This document shows, piece after piece, positions 10,303 to 20,175 of a stretch of 61,830 bases of DNA. Below the pieces are notes generated by a model. The model made no database searches, was not told the DNA's origin, and worked only from the letters and a program-made list of their open reading frames with translations. Source of the stretch: Chromatiales bacterium. GTDB lineage: Bacteria; Pseudomonadota; Gammaproteobacteria; SZUA-152. The stretch's first letter is position 1, and every line of letters begins with the position of its first letter. A program made the position numbers and the translations under genes. The stretch lies in the NCBI GenBank assembly GCA_026982555.1, contig JALSGT010000084.1, positions 1-61,830 on the forward strand. Direction: 5' to 3'.

Positions 10303-10580
10303 CAGTGATAATCCTCCAGGTTTACGTTGTGGGCGTCGCTCTGCCGGAAAGCGAAGGTGATGCGCCAGTTACCGGAGACCGCCACGCTGTAGGTGCCTTT
10401 ACGCTTTCCAGCGAGTTCGTGGAAACGATAGCCGGGTAAGTTCATATCGGCTACTTCCACCGATGCCTCTAGCCGATCCAAAAGACGGCCAATACGTGCG
10501 GCATGCTGTGTGGTAATGCCACGCTTGCTCCCGGTCAGAAAAAAGCGCTCAAGCCCCTTGTGAGCAAAGGTCTTTATCAT
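10302..10580 (-). CDS. higB: HigB (RelE/ParE superfamily) toxin
   Basis: MIKTFAHKGLERFF, PGYRFHELAG, YSVAVSGNWRITFAF; toxin-first order; 1-nt overlap with higA. Confidence 0.9.
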   Translation of the reverse strand: MIKTFAHKGLERFFLTGSKRGITTQHAARIGRLLDRLEASVEVADMNLPGYRFHELAGKRKGTYSVAVSGNWRITFAFRQSDAHNVNLEDYH

Positions 10581-10589
10581 TGTCCGAGT

Positions 10590-10606
10590 GTAATATGTGG
10601 CATTAC
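10590..10606. promoter_or_regulatory. Possible HigA operator
   Basis: Inverted repeat GTAAT-N7-ATTAC 10 nt upstream of the higB start. Confidence 0.4.
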
Positions 10607-10811
10607 GCCTTTCAACCCGAAGTCCGCAGTTGAATAACTGCTAGAGTGCGTTGAATTTTGTGGCTGGGAAGGTGCGATGAGGAGCAATGGCCCGCTATTG
10701 CGACGATGTGCAATGCGGCCAGACGCAAACAACTGTTGATATCTCTGTGGTTGAGCCGGGATCGACCAACAAACATCGGCGAACGCAGAATAATAATGTA
10801 AATCAAGGAGA

Positions 10812-10898
10812 TGGTACCGAGGGCCGGAATCGAACCGGCACTCCCGTGAAGGAACCGGATTTTGAATCCGGCGCGTCTACCAGTTCCGCCACCCCGGC
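10812..10898 (-). tRNA. tRNA-Leu (CAA)
   Basis: Reverse complement GCCGGGGTGGCGGAACTGGTAGACGCGCCGGATTCAAAATCCGG...GGTTCGATTCCGGCCCTCGGTACCA: CAA anticodon, long variable arm, encoded CCA. Confidence 0.95.
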
Positions 10899-11003
10899 AT
10901 TCTCACTTGTTGAGACGGCGCACATGATATGCGTTTAGCGCGTTACAGGCAAGTTGCAGGGGAAGGAGATTTTTTACAGGGTAGTTTGCTACACTCCCGC
11001 GCC

Positions 11004-12029
11004 ATGCGTCGTTGTGATTTCCATTTTGATTTACCCCCTGAGCTGATCGCCCAGCATCCGCTTGCCGAGCGGACGGCCAGCCGTTTGCTGGTGCTGCGGG
11101 GTAACACCGTTGAGGATGCCGTGTTTGCACAAGTGGGTGCGCTGTTGCAGCCGGGTGATTTACTGGTAATGAATAATACCCGGGTGATTCCGGCGCGTCT
11201 GTTTGGTCAGAAAGACACGGGTGGCAAAGTGGAGGTGTTGGTGGAGCGGGTGCTTGATGAGCATCGTATAGTGGCCCATGTGCGGGCCAGCAAATCCCCC
11301 AGGCCGGGCAGCCGCTTATTGCTGGAGGGCGAGGTGCGGGCCACAGTAACAGGACGTGAGGACGCACTTTTTTGTCTGAGTTTTGAAGGACCGGAATCGG
11401 TGGTGACGCTACTGGAGCGCCACGGCCATATGCCATTGCCTCCGTACATCGAGCGTGCTGATGAATCCGGGGACCGTGAGCGTTATCAAACAGTATTTGC
11501 CCAGCGACAGGGAGCGGTTGCTGCACCGACAGCGGGATTGCACTTCAATCAGAATTTGCTGGATGAGCTGGCGAAGCAGGGCATTGAATCGACTTTTATC
11601 ACACTGCATGTAGGGGCCGGTACGTTTCAGCCGGTACGTGTGGATAATATCGCGGAACACCACATGCATAAGGAAACCATCGAGGTGTCGGCGGACACGG
11701 TGGCGGCGGTGCAACAAACACAGGCCCGTGGTGGTCGTGTGGTGGCGGTGGGTACAACCAGCGTGCGTGCATTGGAAAGCGCAGCCCGTGGAGGGGAGCT
11801 GGTTCCTTTTCAGGGAGATACGGATATTTTTATCACTCCCGGTTACACGTTTCGTGTGGTGGATGCCCTGATCACTAATTTTCATTTGCCGGAATCCACG
11901 TTATTAATGTTGGTGAGTGCCTTTGCCGGTTTTGACGAAATAAAAACAGCCTACACACATGCCATTGCACAACGGTATCGTTTTTTCAGTTACGGTGATG
12001 CGATGTTTTTACACCGGAAAAACACCTGA
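11004..12029 (+). CDS. queA: S-adenosylmethionine:tRNA ribosyltransferase-isomerase
   Basis: [62 protein letters not shown]. Confidence 0.96.
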   Translation: MRRCDFHFDLPPELIAQHPLAERTASRLLVLRGNTVEDAVFAQVGALLQPGDLLVMNNTRVIPARLFGQKDTGGKVEVLVERVLDEHRIVAHVRASKSPRPGSRLLLEGEVRATVTGREDALFCLSFEGPESVVTLLERHGHMPLPPYIERADESGDRERYQTVFAQRQGAVAAPTAGLHFNQNLLDELAKQGIESTFITLHVGAGTFQPVRVDNIAEHHMHKETIEVSADTVAAVQQTQARGGRVVAVGTTSVRALESAARGGELVPFQGDTDIFITPGYTFRVVDALITNFHLPESTLLMLVSAFAGFDEIKTAYTHAIAQRYRFFSYGDAMFLHRKNT

Positions 12030-12035
12030 ACTCCC

Positions 12036-13112
12036 ATGGCGCATGATCAAAACACATCAGGGCGGCGTTGCACGCTAGTGCTGCCGGGCCTGCTGGATTT
12101 GCCACCTGCCGGGCGTGAATCTGTGTTTGCTCAGGCGGGACGTTTGCCTGAGCTGGAGTGTTTCTTTTCCCGTGCGCAAAAACAGCGTTTTTCAGGTGCC
12201 GGTTTTGAGGCGGTGCTGTTTGCACTTTTTGACGTGGTTACACCAGCGGATGTTGACTTGCCGGTGGCCGCTGTCGGTTATGTCGGTGACACAGGACGGT
12301 CAGCAGCGGGTTGGTGCTTGCGGGCTGATCCGGTGCAGCTGATCCCGGACCGTGATCATCTGGTGCTGGTGGGGCCGGAAAGTTTGTCCTTGTCCCAGGC
12401 CGAAGCTGATTTGTTAGTGGCTGACCTGAATACACAATTTGCGCAGGATGGCTGGCATATTGAAGCCGCGACGCCCACGCGCTGGTATTTACATCAGTCT
12501 GATGCACCGAGGTTGCGTACTTACGATTTGGCGCAAGTGCGCGGTCGGGCCATTGGTGAATACTTGCCGGGTGGCGTGGACGGTAAACAATGGCATCGTC
12601 TGATGAACGAAGTGCAAATGGTTTTGCATATCAGTGCAGTAAATCAGGGAAGACAAGCCGTAGGACAGCCGCCAGTGAGTAGTCTGTGGTTTTGGGGCGG
12701 GGGTGAAACGCCAGCGATACTCTCCGACAATAAACGCAGTCAATGGAGCCAGGTGTGGAGCAATGAACCTGTGAGTCAGGGGCTGGTTGCACTGTCAAAT
12801 ACAGCACACAAGCGGTTGCCGGAAAATGCTGCAACGTGGTTAAGCGCCGCCCTTTCATCCGGCGAGCATTTGCTGGTGCTGGATGATTTATTGTGTTGTT
12901 GGCAAAATGGGGAAATGGCGGGCTGGGCACAATGGGTGCGCGCATTCAATCGTGAATGGATGCTTCCTTTGTTGAACGCATTGCGTCGAAACGAGATTGA
13001 TGAGCTTGCCCTTTATGCCTGCAATGGTAGTCAATTTACCTTGTCGCGTACCGGATTAAGGCGTTGGTGGCGTCGAAAAAAATCACTATCGGTTATTGCT
13101 GCGCGGGTGTAA
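12036..13112 (+). CDS. Phosphoglycerate-mutase-like / RpfE-type conserved protein
   Basis: LRADPVQL, LMNEVQMVLH, SSLWFWGGG motifs of this family. Confidence 0.65.
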   Translation: MAHDQNTSGRRCTLVLPGLLDLPPAGRESVFAQAGRLPELECFFSRAQKQRFSGAGFEAVLFALFDVVTPADVDLPVAAVGYVGDTGRSAAGWCLRADPVQLIPDRDHLVLVGPESLSLSQAEADLLVADLNTQFAQDGWHIEAATPTRWYLHQSDAPRLRTYDLAQVRGRAIGEYLPGGVDGKQWHRLMNEVQMVLHISAVNQGRQAVGQPPVSSLWFWGGGETPAILSDNKRSQWSQVWSNEPVSQGLVALSNTAHKRLPENAATWLSAALSSGEHLLVLDDLLCCWQNGEMAGWAQWVRAFNREWMLPLLNALRRNEIDELALYACNGSQFTLSRTGLRRWWRRKKSLSVIAARV

Positions 13113-13646
13113 AAGGTCGCAATTTTTTGGTTACAGTAGAGGTGTTTATAGTTTTATTGTTCCTGTGTTGGCGGGAAACTGCATCACCGAATATCGAGCG
13201 TGATTTGCAGATTGCAAAAAAAATGTTAATTGGCAAATACGTAAATAAAAATTAAAGAATAAGAATATGTATTCGTTGTTATGTCTGTTATGCTTGTTTC
13301 AGGGGAATGTTGTTGATTTTAGAGTTTTGGAGAAGTAAGTAACATTTGCGTAAGCCTCATGGTGTGTCGTCATCGAAGCTCACAAATGATTGCTGGTTTC
13401 ATATAAAAACTATTTTATAAAACTATATAAAGCGTATGCAGGTGAATAGAATTAACCGTTAAATTTGTTATTTCTATTTCTTCTTAATGACCGCTCAGGG
13501 GTATATTCCCCGTAGTTTTCTGTATAAAAATCAAAATTTATGATTTCTGAACATTCTTTCTTGTTGATGTTTCGTCAGCTTGCTGCGTAGGCATTTGAGC
13601 TGATTAATGCAATACCCCGCTTCACGACGAGTGCGGCGAGAGTTAT

Positions 13647-15725
13647 TTGAATGGACTTTATAATATGAGTTGGCAGAACCCTGCTTGTTGTAAAATACAA
13701 TTTTTTAAATGTGCAGCTTCAATTTTATTTCTGTTTTTTGTTTTGCCATCTGTAGGGTTTGGCTCAGGTGTCAGTATAGCGACTGACAGTACCGGCATTG
13801 CCACATCAGGCGGGCAGGTATCGATTAGTCTGGAAGAGCTTGGGTATGAAGAGGGTATTCATTTTGCGAATACTGAAATCGGTCATGAAGCAAAGCTGGC
13901 TTACGCTATTCCACATGATACAAAAGTATCTTCTGCAAGTATTCATCTCCGTTACAACGTTTCATCGTTGCTGGGCCAGCGTTCAAATATCCTGCTGCTG
14001 GCGAATGGTCACCCGCTTAAGCAGGTGCAGTTGACGGACGAGCAATACCGCCGTGATCTCAAGGTCGATATTCCTGTCAATTTAATACAACCGGGTACTT
14101 TGAATATCACTGTCAAAGTAACCTTGCTCACCACAAATGATCGTTATCCGGATGCGCGTACCAGTGGTGCTTTACTGCATATTGAGGCGGATTCAACACT
14201 CACCATTGGCTATCAGGACACGATTGCCTCACTGCGCGATGCCTGGATACTGTTACCCGGGAAGGTCGTTTTGACAATACCGGACAGACCTTTTTCTGAA
14301 GACGAATTTAATGCTGTCTGGGGGATCATGGATCATCTGTATCGCCAGGGGAAAAATATTGTTATTACGCATTATCCTGAGATCGGTCATATCGTCATCG
14401 GGGATAGATCAAACCTGAAGAAGCGGTTGCTGCTGGAGTTGCAGTCAGCACAGCCGGAGCAGGAACCCCCGGACTTGTTGCAAACCCTTGATGATGACAA
14501 CACGATTATGTTGCTGAGCAGCCCGTTGCGCAGTGTTATTTCTATTACCCGGCCTGCTGAGACATCAGCTTCGGCATTGATGAACACCACCTGGCAAAAA
14601 CTGGTGGCAGGACGCCAGTATAAAATGCTGACAACCGGTTCCGGTGAAAAATTTACCGCTTCTGATGATGGCATGCATGAGATACGACTTGCCGATTTTG
14701 GTATGGACACATCAACCCGTTACGTCTGGGCCAACACGGAATGGAATCTGTTACTGGACCCTTTCAGAATGCCTGCGGGTACACGCCCGGCGGTATTGTT
14801 TTTGGATCTGATGGTGCCGCCGCCGTCCAATACGGCAGCATTCAGTTTATATACCTATTTGAATGATATCATGGTGTATGCACAACATCTGGATGGCCGT
14901 GATGGTGTGCAGCGCCTTCAAATTCCGCTACCTGCCAGATATCAGCAATTGTATAATAATTTGCGTATACAAATTATAAATACAGCGTCAGTCAATGGCA
15001 ATTCTGAACAGGGGCTTACCACATTCCCGGTGCAGCTATTGCCAGAAAGCACCTTGGTTCTTGAGCAAAATACCGCGAAACCTGAACGGTTTGTGGATCT
15101 TCCGGCCTATCTTGCCGAACAATTTGATATTTACCTGCCTTCGGCTTATCTCGACAGCCCGGAACAGTCATTGCGCTTTACCGCTGCTTTTACCGCAAAC
15201 TTCCCGGTACCTTTTGCTGAGCGTAAAGCCATTTTTGTCAAGCCAGGCAATACCCTTACTCCTGCACGCCCGTTTATTGCATTGGGCGATGTTGCATTTT
15301 CAGAACTGGATGCGCCCGTTGATTTTGAGCAGGGTGTTATTGAGGTCAAGGATAGAAAAGGCGAGTCTTTATTAAAGGTGAATGAGTTATCGGGCATTGC
15401 CATTGCACAGCTTGTGACCAGCCATGGTCAACACGGACTGTGGTTACGTTCCGGTGACAGTGACCCTTATCCAGATATACGCAGGTTGTTTCTCAATGAA
15501 GATGATGTTGCTTTTGCGGACCGCAATGGTTTGCTGTTCAGCCTGAACAGTACAGAGCCTACTTTGGCCAGAGTGCATTACCCGTCAACTCGTAACTGGC
15601 TGGCGGCCATTAGTGAATATCGTTTTTGGATTATGGTTTTTGTATGGCTGACTCTGGTGCTGGGTATTGTTTATCTGTTCAGACGCCAACGTCAACAGCA
15701 GAGCAATAACCGTCAGTCTGTGTGA
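13647..15725 (+). CDS. BcsB-like periplasmic polysaccharide copolymerase subunit
   Basis: N-terminal hydrophobic leader; ISLEELGY...IP...ASIHLRY...S.LL...SNILLLANG pattern repeated in a second domain (YLNDIMV); single C-terminal TM followed by basic residues. Confidence 0.7.
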   Translation: MNGLYNMSWQNPACCKIQFFKCAASILFLFFVLPSVGFGSGVSIATDSTGIATSGGQVSISLEELGYEEGIHFANTEIGHEAKLAYAIPHDTKVSSASIHLRYNVSSLLGQRSNILLLANGHPLKQVQLTDEQYRRDLKVDIPVNLIQPGTLNITVKVTLLTTNDRYPDARTSGALLHIEADSTLTIGYQDTIASLRDAWILLPGKVVLTIPDRPFSEDEFNAVWGIMDHLYRQGKNIVITHYPEIGHIVIGDRSNLKKRLLLELQSAQPEQEPPDLLQTLDDDNTIMLLSSPLRSVISITRPAETSASALMNTTWQKLVAGRQYKMLTTGSGEKFTASDDGMHEIRLADFGMDTSTRYVWANTEWNLLLDPFRMPAGTRPAVLFLDLMVPPPSNTAAFSLYTYLNDIMVYAQHLDGRDGVQRLQIPLPARYQQLYNNLRIQIINTASVNGNSEQGLTTFPVQLLPESTLVLEQNTAKPERFVDLPAYLAEQFDIYLPSAYLDSPEQSLRFTAAFTANFPVPFAERKAIFVKPGNTLTPARPFIALGDVAFSELDAPVDFEQGVIEVKDRKGESLLKVNELSGIAIAQLVTSHGQHGLWLRSGDSDPYPDIRRLFLNEDDVAFADRNGLLFSLNSTEPTLARVHYPSTRNWLAAISEYRFWIMVFVWLTLVLGIVYLFRRQRQQQSNNRQSV

Positions 15726-15771
15726 GGCGATAAGATCTATGGATGGCTCAACCATTTTTATGAAGGATACG

Positions 15772-17640
15772 ATGAGTGATTCTGCGCCACTTGGAGAGTT
15801 ACTGATTACCCGTGGATTACTTCAGCAAAAGCAGCTGGACACTGCGCTTGATTTGCAAAAAAAATGGGGTACACGTCTGGGCGATATTCTGCTCTCCAAG
15901 GGATGGGTGCGCGCTCAGGATTTTTATCTCACGCTTGCCATTCAGTATCAAAAACCATTTGTTGACCTTTTTAAAGAACGTCCGGATAAAGCGTTATGGC
16001 GAGATGACGAGCTTACCCGTTACACAGAACTGCTCGTGTTGCCTTTACGTAAAATGGACGGAGGGATTCTGTTTGCCGTGGCCGACCCGACACCAGCGGT
16101 GTTTGAGTATATGGATGAGCATAGTGATGGTTTGTATGATTATGTCATAACCTCCAAGTTTGACATTATATGGTCAGCGCAAAACGAGGCAGACCATCAT
16201 TTCAGTGACCGGGCCGTGAATGAGCTTGCCCGGCAGCAGCCAGTGAATTCCGCCGGACAGGTTTTTACCCGCGCACAACTGTTCTGGATATTTGGTGTGT
16301 TGTCGGTGCTTATTGTATCCGCCACATTCTGGCCCATTGCGACCCTGGTTCTGGCCAATGTTTTTATCAGCCTTTTTATGCTGTTGAATTTTGGTTTGCG
16401 TATGTTGTTCGCATGGGTCGGCAGCCATGCAAACATTGATGTCAAGGTCACGGATGAAGAAGTCCGTGCGATCAATGATCGTGACCTGCCTTTTTATACG
16501 GTGCTTGTCCCCATGTACAAAGAGCCCAGCGTATTGCCAATTATTACCGAATCATTGCGCAATATTGACTATCCACTTTCAAAGCTGGATATCAAGCTGA
16601 TCCTTGAAGAGGACGACGAGGAAACCATTGCTGCGGCCAAAAATCTTGACCTGGAAAGTATGTTCGAGATTATTCGTGTGCCGGTTTCGTTGCCTAAAAC
16701 CAAGCCCAAAGCCTGCAATTATGCACTGAGTTTCGCACGCGGCGAACTGGTGACGATTTATGATGCCGAGGACAAGCCGGAACGTGATCAGTTAAAGAAA
16801 GCGGTTATTGCTTTTCGCAAAGCGCCGGAGAATACGGCGGTCATCCAGGCGCGTCTTAACTATTTTAACGCCAATGAAAACTGGCTCACACGGATGTTCA
16901 CGCTGGAGTATTCCCTCTGGTTTGATTTTTATCTGCCTGCACTTGAGGCATTGAAAATACCGATACCTCTGGGAGGCACCTCGAACCATTTCAAGCTGCG
17001 GATTCTAAAAAAGGTTAATGCATGGGACCCTTATAATGTCACGGAAGATGCTGATCTGGGCGTCCGCCTGACGCAGCTGAATTACCATGTGGGTGTGGTT
17101 AACTCAACAACTTATGAAGAGGCCACGAACCGGTTTGGTAACTGGATCAGACAGCGTTCACGCTGGATCAAGGGTTATATGCAAACGTACCTGGTGCATA
17201 TGCGTCATCCTGTGCGCTTGTATCGGTCACTGGGGCATGTCGGCTTTTGGGGTTTCCAGTTTTTCATCGGTGGCGCTGTTCTCAGCTGTCTGTTGGCTCC
17301 GCTCCTTTATTTAACGTATTTCGGCTGGCTGTATACCCAGACCCATGTGCTGGATGTCATTTTCCCCTCTATTATTCTGTATGCCAGCCTGTTCAGCCTG
17401 TTGCTGGGTAACGGGTTATTAATCTACCTGTCAACATTATGCGTCTTCAAACGTCATTTGTATCACCTCATACCCTGGGCGCTGACAGTGCCTGTTTACT
17501 GGCTGATGATGTCAATTGCGGCCTATAAAGCGCTTTGGCAGCTTATTCATAAACCGTTCTACTGGGAAAAAACCACGCATGGCTTGACTAATTTTTTGCA
17601 TGTTGATCCGCGTGAGAAAAAAGACCAGGCCGACGTATGA
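15772..17640 (+). CDS. Processive GT2 glycosyltransferase with N-terminal MshEN (c-di-GMP-binding) domain
   Basis: PLGELLITRGLL...ALDLQKKWGTRLGDILLSKGWV (tandem MshEN motif), KPKACNYAL, IYDAED (DxD), TEDADLG, QRSRW; TM helices flank the catalytic domain. Confidence 0.85.
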   Translation: MSDSAPLGELLITRGLLQQKQLDTALDLQKKWGTRLGDILLSKGWVRAQDFYLTLAIQYQKPFVDLFKERPDKALWRDDELTRYTELLVLPLRKMDGGILFAVADPTPAVFEYMDEHSDGLYDYVITSKFDIIWSAQNEADHHFSDRAVNELARQQPVNSAGQVFTRAQLFWIFGVLSVLIVSATFWPIATLVLANVFISLFMLLNFGLRMLFAWVGSHANIDVKVTDEEVRAINDRDLPFYTVLVPMYKEPSVLPIITESLRNIDYPLSKLDIKLILEEDDEETIAAAKNLDLESMFEIIRVPVSLPKTKPKACNYALSFARGELVTIYDAEDKPERDQLKKAVIAFRKAPENTAVIQARLNYFNANENWLTRMFTLEYSLWFDFYLPALEALKIPIPLGGTSNHFKLRILKKVNAWDPYNVTEDADLGVRLTQLNYHVGVVNSTTYEEATNRFGNWIRQRSRWIKGYMQTYLVHMRHPVRLYRSLGHVGFWGFQFFIGGAVLSCLLAPLLYLTYFGWLYTQTHVLDVIFPSIILYASLFSLLLGNGLLIYLSTLCVFKRHLYHLIPWALTVPVYWLMMSIAAYKALWQLIHKPFYWEKTTHGLTNFLHVDPREKKDQADV

Positions 17641-19124
17641 AAGTGAATCGACAGAGAGCGGACTTTGCCTGGCTGTTGTTGTTCGGGGTTTTGTTGACCG
17701 GTTTTTGTGTCTGGTTGACAGGAAACAACTTCAGCCATGAAATGGCACTGCGGGACTGGGTAAAGGTGCTGGGTGTTCTGGATGCAGATCCATTCCGCCT
17801 TGAGAATCTTGGTCTGGATACACCGCATCTGCCTTTGTATTTATTGATGCCCTTTGCCTGGTTGTCGCCAGATGCGCAAGGTGTGGCACCGTATCTCTTG
17901 TCCAGTTTATTGATTGCACTATTGTTGACGGTCTGGAATCACCAATTGCGTCATCAGGAATTTGCATTGTGGCAACGTTTCCTGCTGCTCATGCTGGTGT
18001 TGTTTCAGGCGCCTCTGTTATGGGCCGCCACGACGGGTGGACATATTGCGCTTACCCTTCTGATTTTTTATTTCGTATATCTGGCCTGCTTGCGGATGAA
18101 TTTTCAGGCGGATCTACGTTCTTTTATTATGCTGGGTCTGTTATTGGGCCTGTTATTTTTTGTTGATGCTGTGGCGTTGTTTATTTTTATTGCCCTGTTT
18201 CCTTTTTTCGCATTAATTGCACCACGGCGTATTTTTCTGGAAGCGCCTTTGAGTGTTTATATTGTTATCTGTATTCCACTGGGTGTGGCTGTGTTGACAT
18301 GGGCGTATCTCGGTTGGGTTTTTGAAGGTGGGCCAGGTCATTTTATTCGTCAACCCGGTTCCACATTTCTCGGAGCCTGGCAGCATGCTGCGGATTCACC
18401 CTGGCTGATTCAGTATGGCGGCCAATGGTTTGCACCGCTGGCTGCGGCGTTTATGCTGCTGCTGGTTTATTTTCCCATTGTGTTTTTATTGCTGGCACTG
18501 GCCGCGAAACACAAGGATCACCTGAAAGTCAGTCTGGCATTGATGTCAGTTCCGCTGATTGCCATCGCCTTTGCGACCAGTAAATTTTATCTTGAACGTC
18601 CCGTTGAACTATTGGCACTGGTCATGGTGGCGGTTATGGCAGAACTGAGTATTATCCGGACTCGAAAAGGCTGGACGTTCCCGGCGGTTGTACTGCTGCT
18701 GATTGCGGGGGGCGCATCTGGCTGGCACAATTTTCTGCAAACGCCGGACCCCGTCGTACGTGATTGGCAAAATGCGCTTTTTGCCCGTTTAAATAATACG
18801 CATACAGCAGATGTTGCACTGGGACAGTTTCTGTTTCGTCAGCAGGGTGAGGTACTTATCGATGATTTTAGCGCCTATCGTGTTATTGCTGCTTATGGCA
18901 ATACAGAAAAAATGGCATTGCCCAAGTCAGACTTGTTCAAGTTACAGGTTCGCAGGCAGGTACCGGATATCGACTATATTGTCGTGCCGGATCCGCGTGT
19001 AGGCCAAGGTGACTGGGACCGTATCAATAAACATTTTCCTGACCTGTATCGCTCTGGAATGAAAGACTATCAGCAGGTTTATGATTATCAGGGCTGGCGG
19101 GTATTCAAACATGTTGATGGTTGA
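17637..19124 (+). CDS. Polytopic membrane protein, GT-C (ArnT/PMT-like) candidate
   Basis: About 11-12 hydrophobic segments, an acidic first periplasmic loop (DADP...DTPH), and a soluble C-terminal domain; overlaps the GT2 stop. Confidence 0.5.
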   Translation: MKVNRQRADFAWLLLFGVLLTGFCVWLTGNNFSHEMALRDWVKVLGVLDADPFRLENLGLDTPHLPLYLLMPFAWLSPDAQGVAPYLLSSLLIALLLTVWNHQLRHQEFALWQRFLLLMLVLFQAPLLWAATTGGHIALTLLIFYFVYLACLRMNFQADLRSFIMLGLLLGLLFFVDAVALFIFIALFPFFALIAPRRIFLEAPLSVYIVICIPLGVAVLTWAYLGWVFEGGPGHFIRQPGSTFLGAWQHAADSPWLIQYGGQWFAPLAAAFMLLLVYFPIVFLLLALAAKHKDHLKVSLALMSVPLIAIAFATSKFYLERPVELLALVMVAVMAELSIIRTRKGWTFPAVVLLLIAGGASGWHNFLQTPDPVVRDWQNALFARLNNTHTADVALGQFLFRQQGEVLIDDFSAYRVIAAYGNTEKMALPKSDLFKLQVRRQVPDIDYIVVPDPRVGQGDWDRINKHFPDLYRSGMKDYQQVYDYQGWRVFKHVDG

Positions 19125-20175
19125 TAAATTGCGCAATCTGCTGCCGTTATGGGCTTGTATGTTGCTGTTAATCACTCAGAGTGCTGATGCAAGCTGTTCG
19201 GCGCCCATCCTGCACGGATTCAATTTTCTACAGGACAGGCAGACTGCGCTGGACTCACCAAAGGTTTGCCAGTCGCTTCAGAAACTTCATCGAACCGGTG
19301 CCAACTCTGTTGCTTTTATCCCTTTTATGAAACAGGAGAGCCCGCAAACAACGAACCTGTTTTTGGCTGACAATGTATCTGATGAGGAACTGATTGCAGG
19401 AATACGTGAAGCAAAACGCCAGGGTCTGCATGTTGTTGTCAAGCCTCAATTGCTGGTCAGCGGCTCCTGGGCTGGCCGGATTAAACTGGCGACAGATGCG
19501 GATGAGCAAATCTGGTTCACACGGTATATTGCACATTTAGCCCACTATGCCAGGATCGCGGAAACCAACAAAGTGGATGCTTTTGTAGTGGGCACCGAGA
19601 TGAAGCGGTTGAGAAAGAGCAAATACTGGCCCGATGTTATTAAAGCCATACGCCGCCATTTCAGCGGGCACATTACCTATGCTGCGCATGGCGTAGACGG
19701 TGTTATTGCATTTCCATACTGGGATTTACTGGACAGTGTCGGCGTTACATTGTACCCGGTGTTCCCGGAAAAAGCCGATGCCGGTCAAGTGCGAGAGGTG
19801 ATTACGCAGCGCATTAACAAGCTGGGAGAAACCATCCGCAAGCAAAAGGGCAAAACCGCCTGGATACTTGAAATCGGTATACCATCGGCTGAAGGCTGGG
19901 AACGATATCCCTGGGACTGGCGGAAATTACGTGAGGAAAAACCACGGGCCGATAACCAAATGCAAGTTGTCATTATGCAGGAGTGGTTGATGTCCATGGA
20001 CAGACCATGGATTGAAGGTGTCTGGATATGGAAATGGAAAAGTTCACCGCAAGCCGGAGGCACAGAAGATCCGGGTTATACGGTACAAAATAAACCGGCG
20101 CAAGGGGTGATTCAGGCAGCCTGGCAGTGTGCCACGTCAATTCCGGATCATGGACAGGATTTATGCAAGGATTAG
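19111..20175 (+). CDS. Exported TIM-barrel glycoside hydrolase, GH113-like
   Basis: Signal peptide (...SADA), GANSVAF, VVVKPQL, FVVGTEM (putative acid/base Glu), TYAAH, ILEIG (putative nucleophile Glu), GVWIWKW. Confidence 0.7.
   Translation: MLMVDKLRNLLPLWACMLLLITQSADASCSAPILHGFNFLQDRQTALDSPKVCQSLQKLHRTGANSVAFIPFMKQESPQTTNLFLADNVSDEELIAGIREAKRQGLHVVVKPQLLVSGSWAGRIKLATDADEQIWFTRYIAHLAHYARIAETNKVDAFVVGTEMKRLRKSKYWPDVIKAIRRHFSGHITYAAHGVDGVIAFPYWDLLDSVGVTLYPVFPEKADAGQVREVITQRINKLGETIRKQKGKTAWILEIGIPSAEGWERYPWDWRKLREEKPRADNQMQVVIMQEWLMSMDRPWIEGVWIWKWKSSPQAGGTEDPGYTVQNKPAQGVIQAAWQCATSIPDHGQDLCKD

Noticed and set aside
10812-10836. att duplication of the tRNA-Leu 3' end
   Set aside because: No second copy found by eye between 8200 and 10800.
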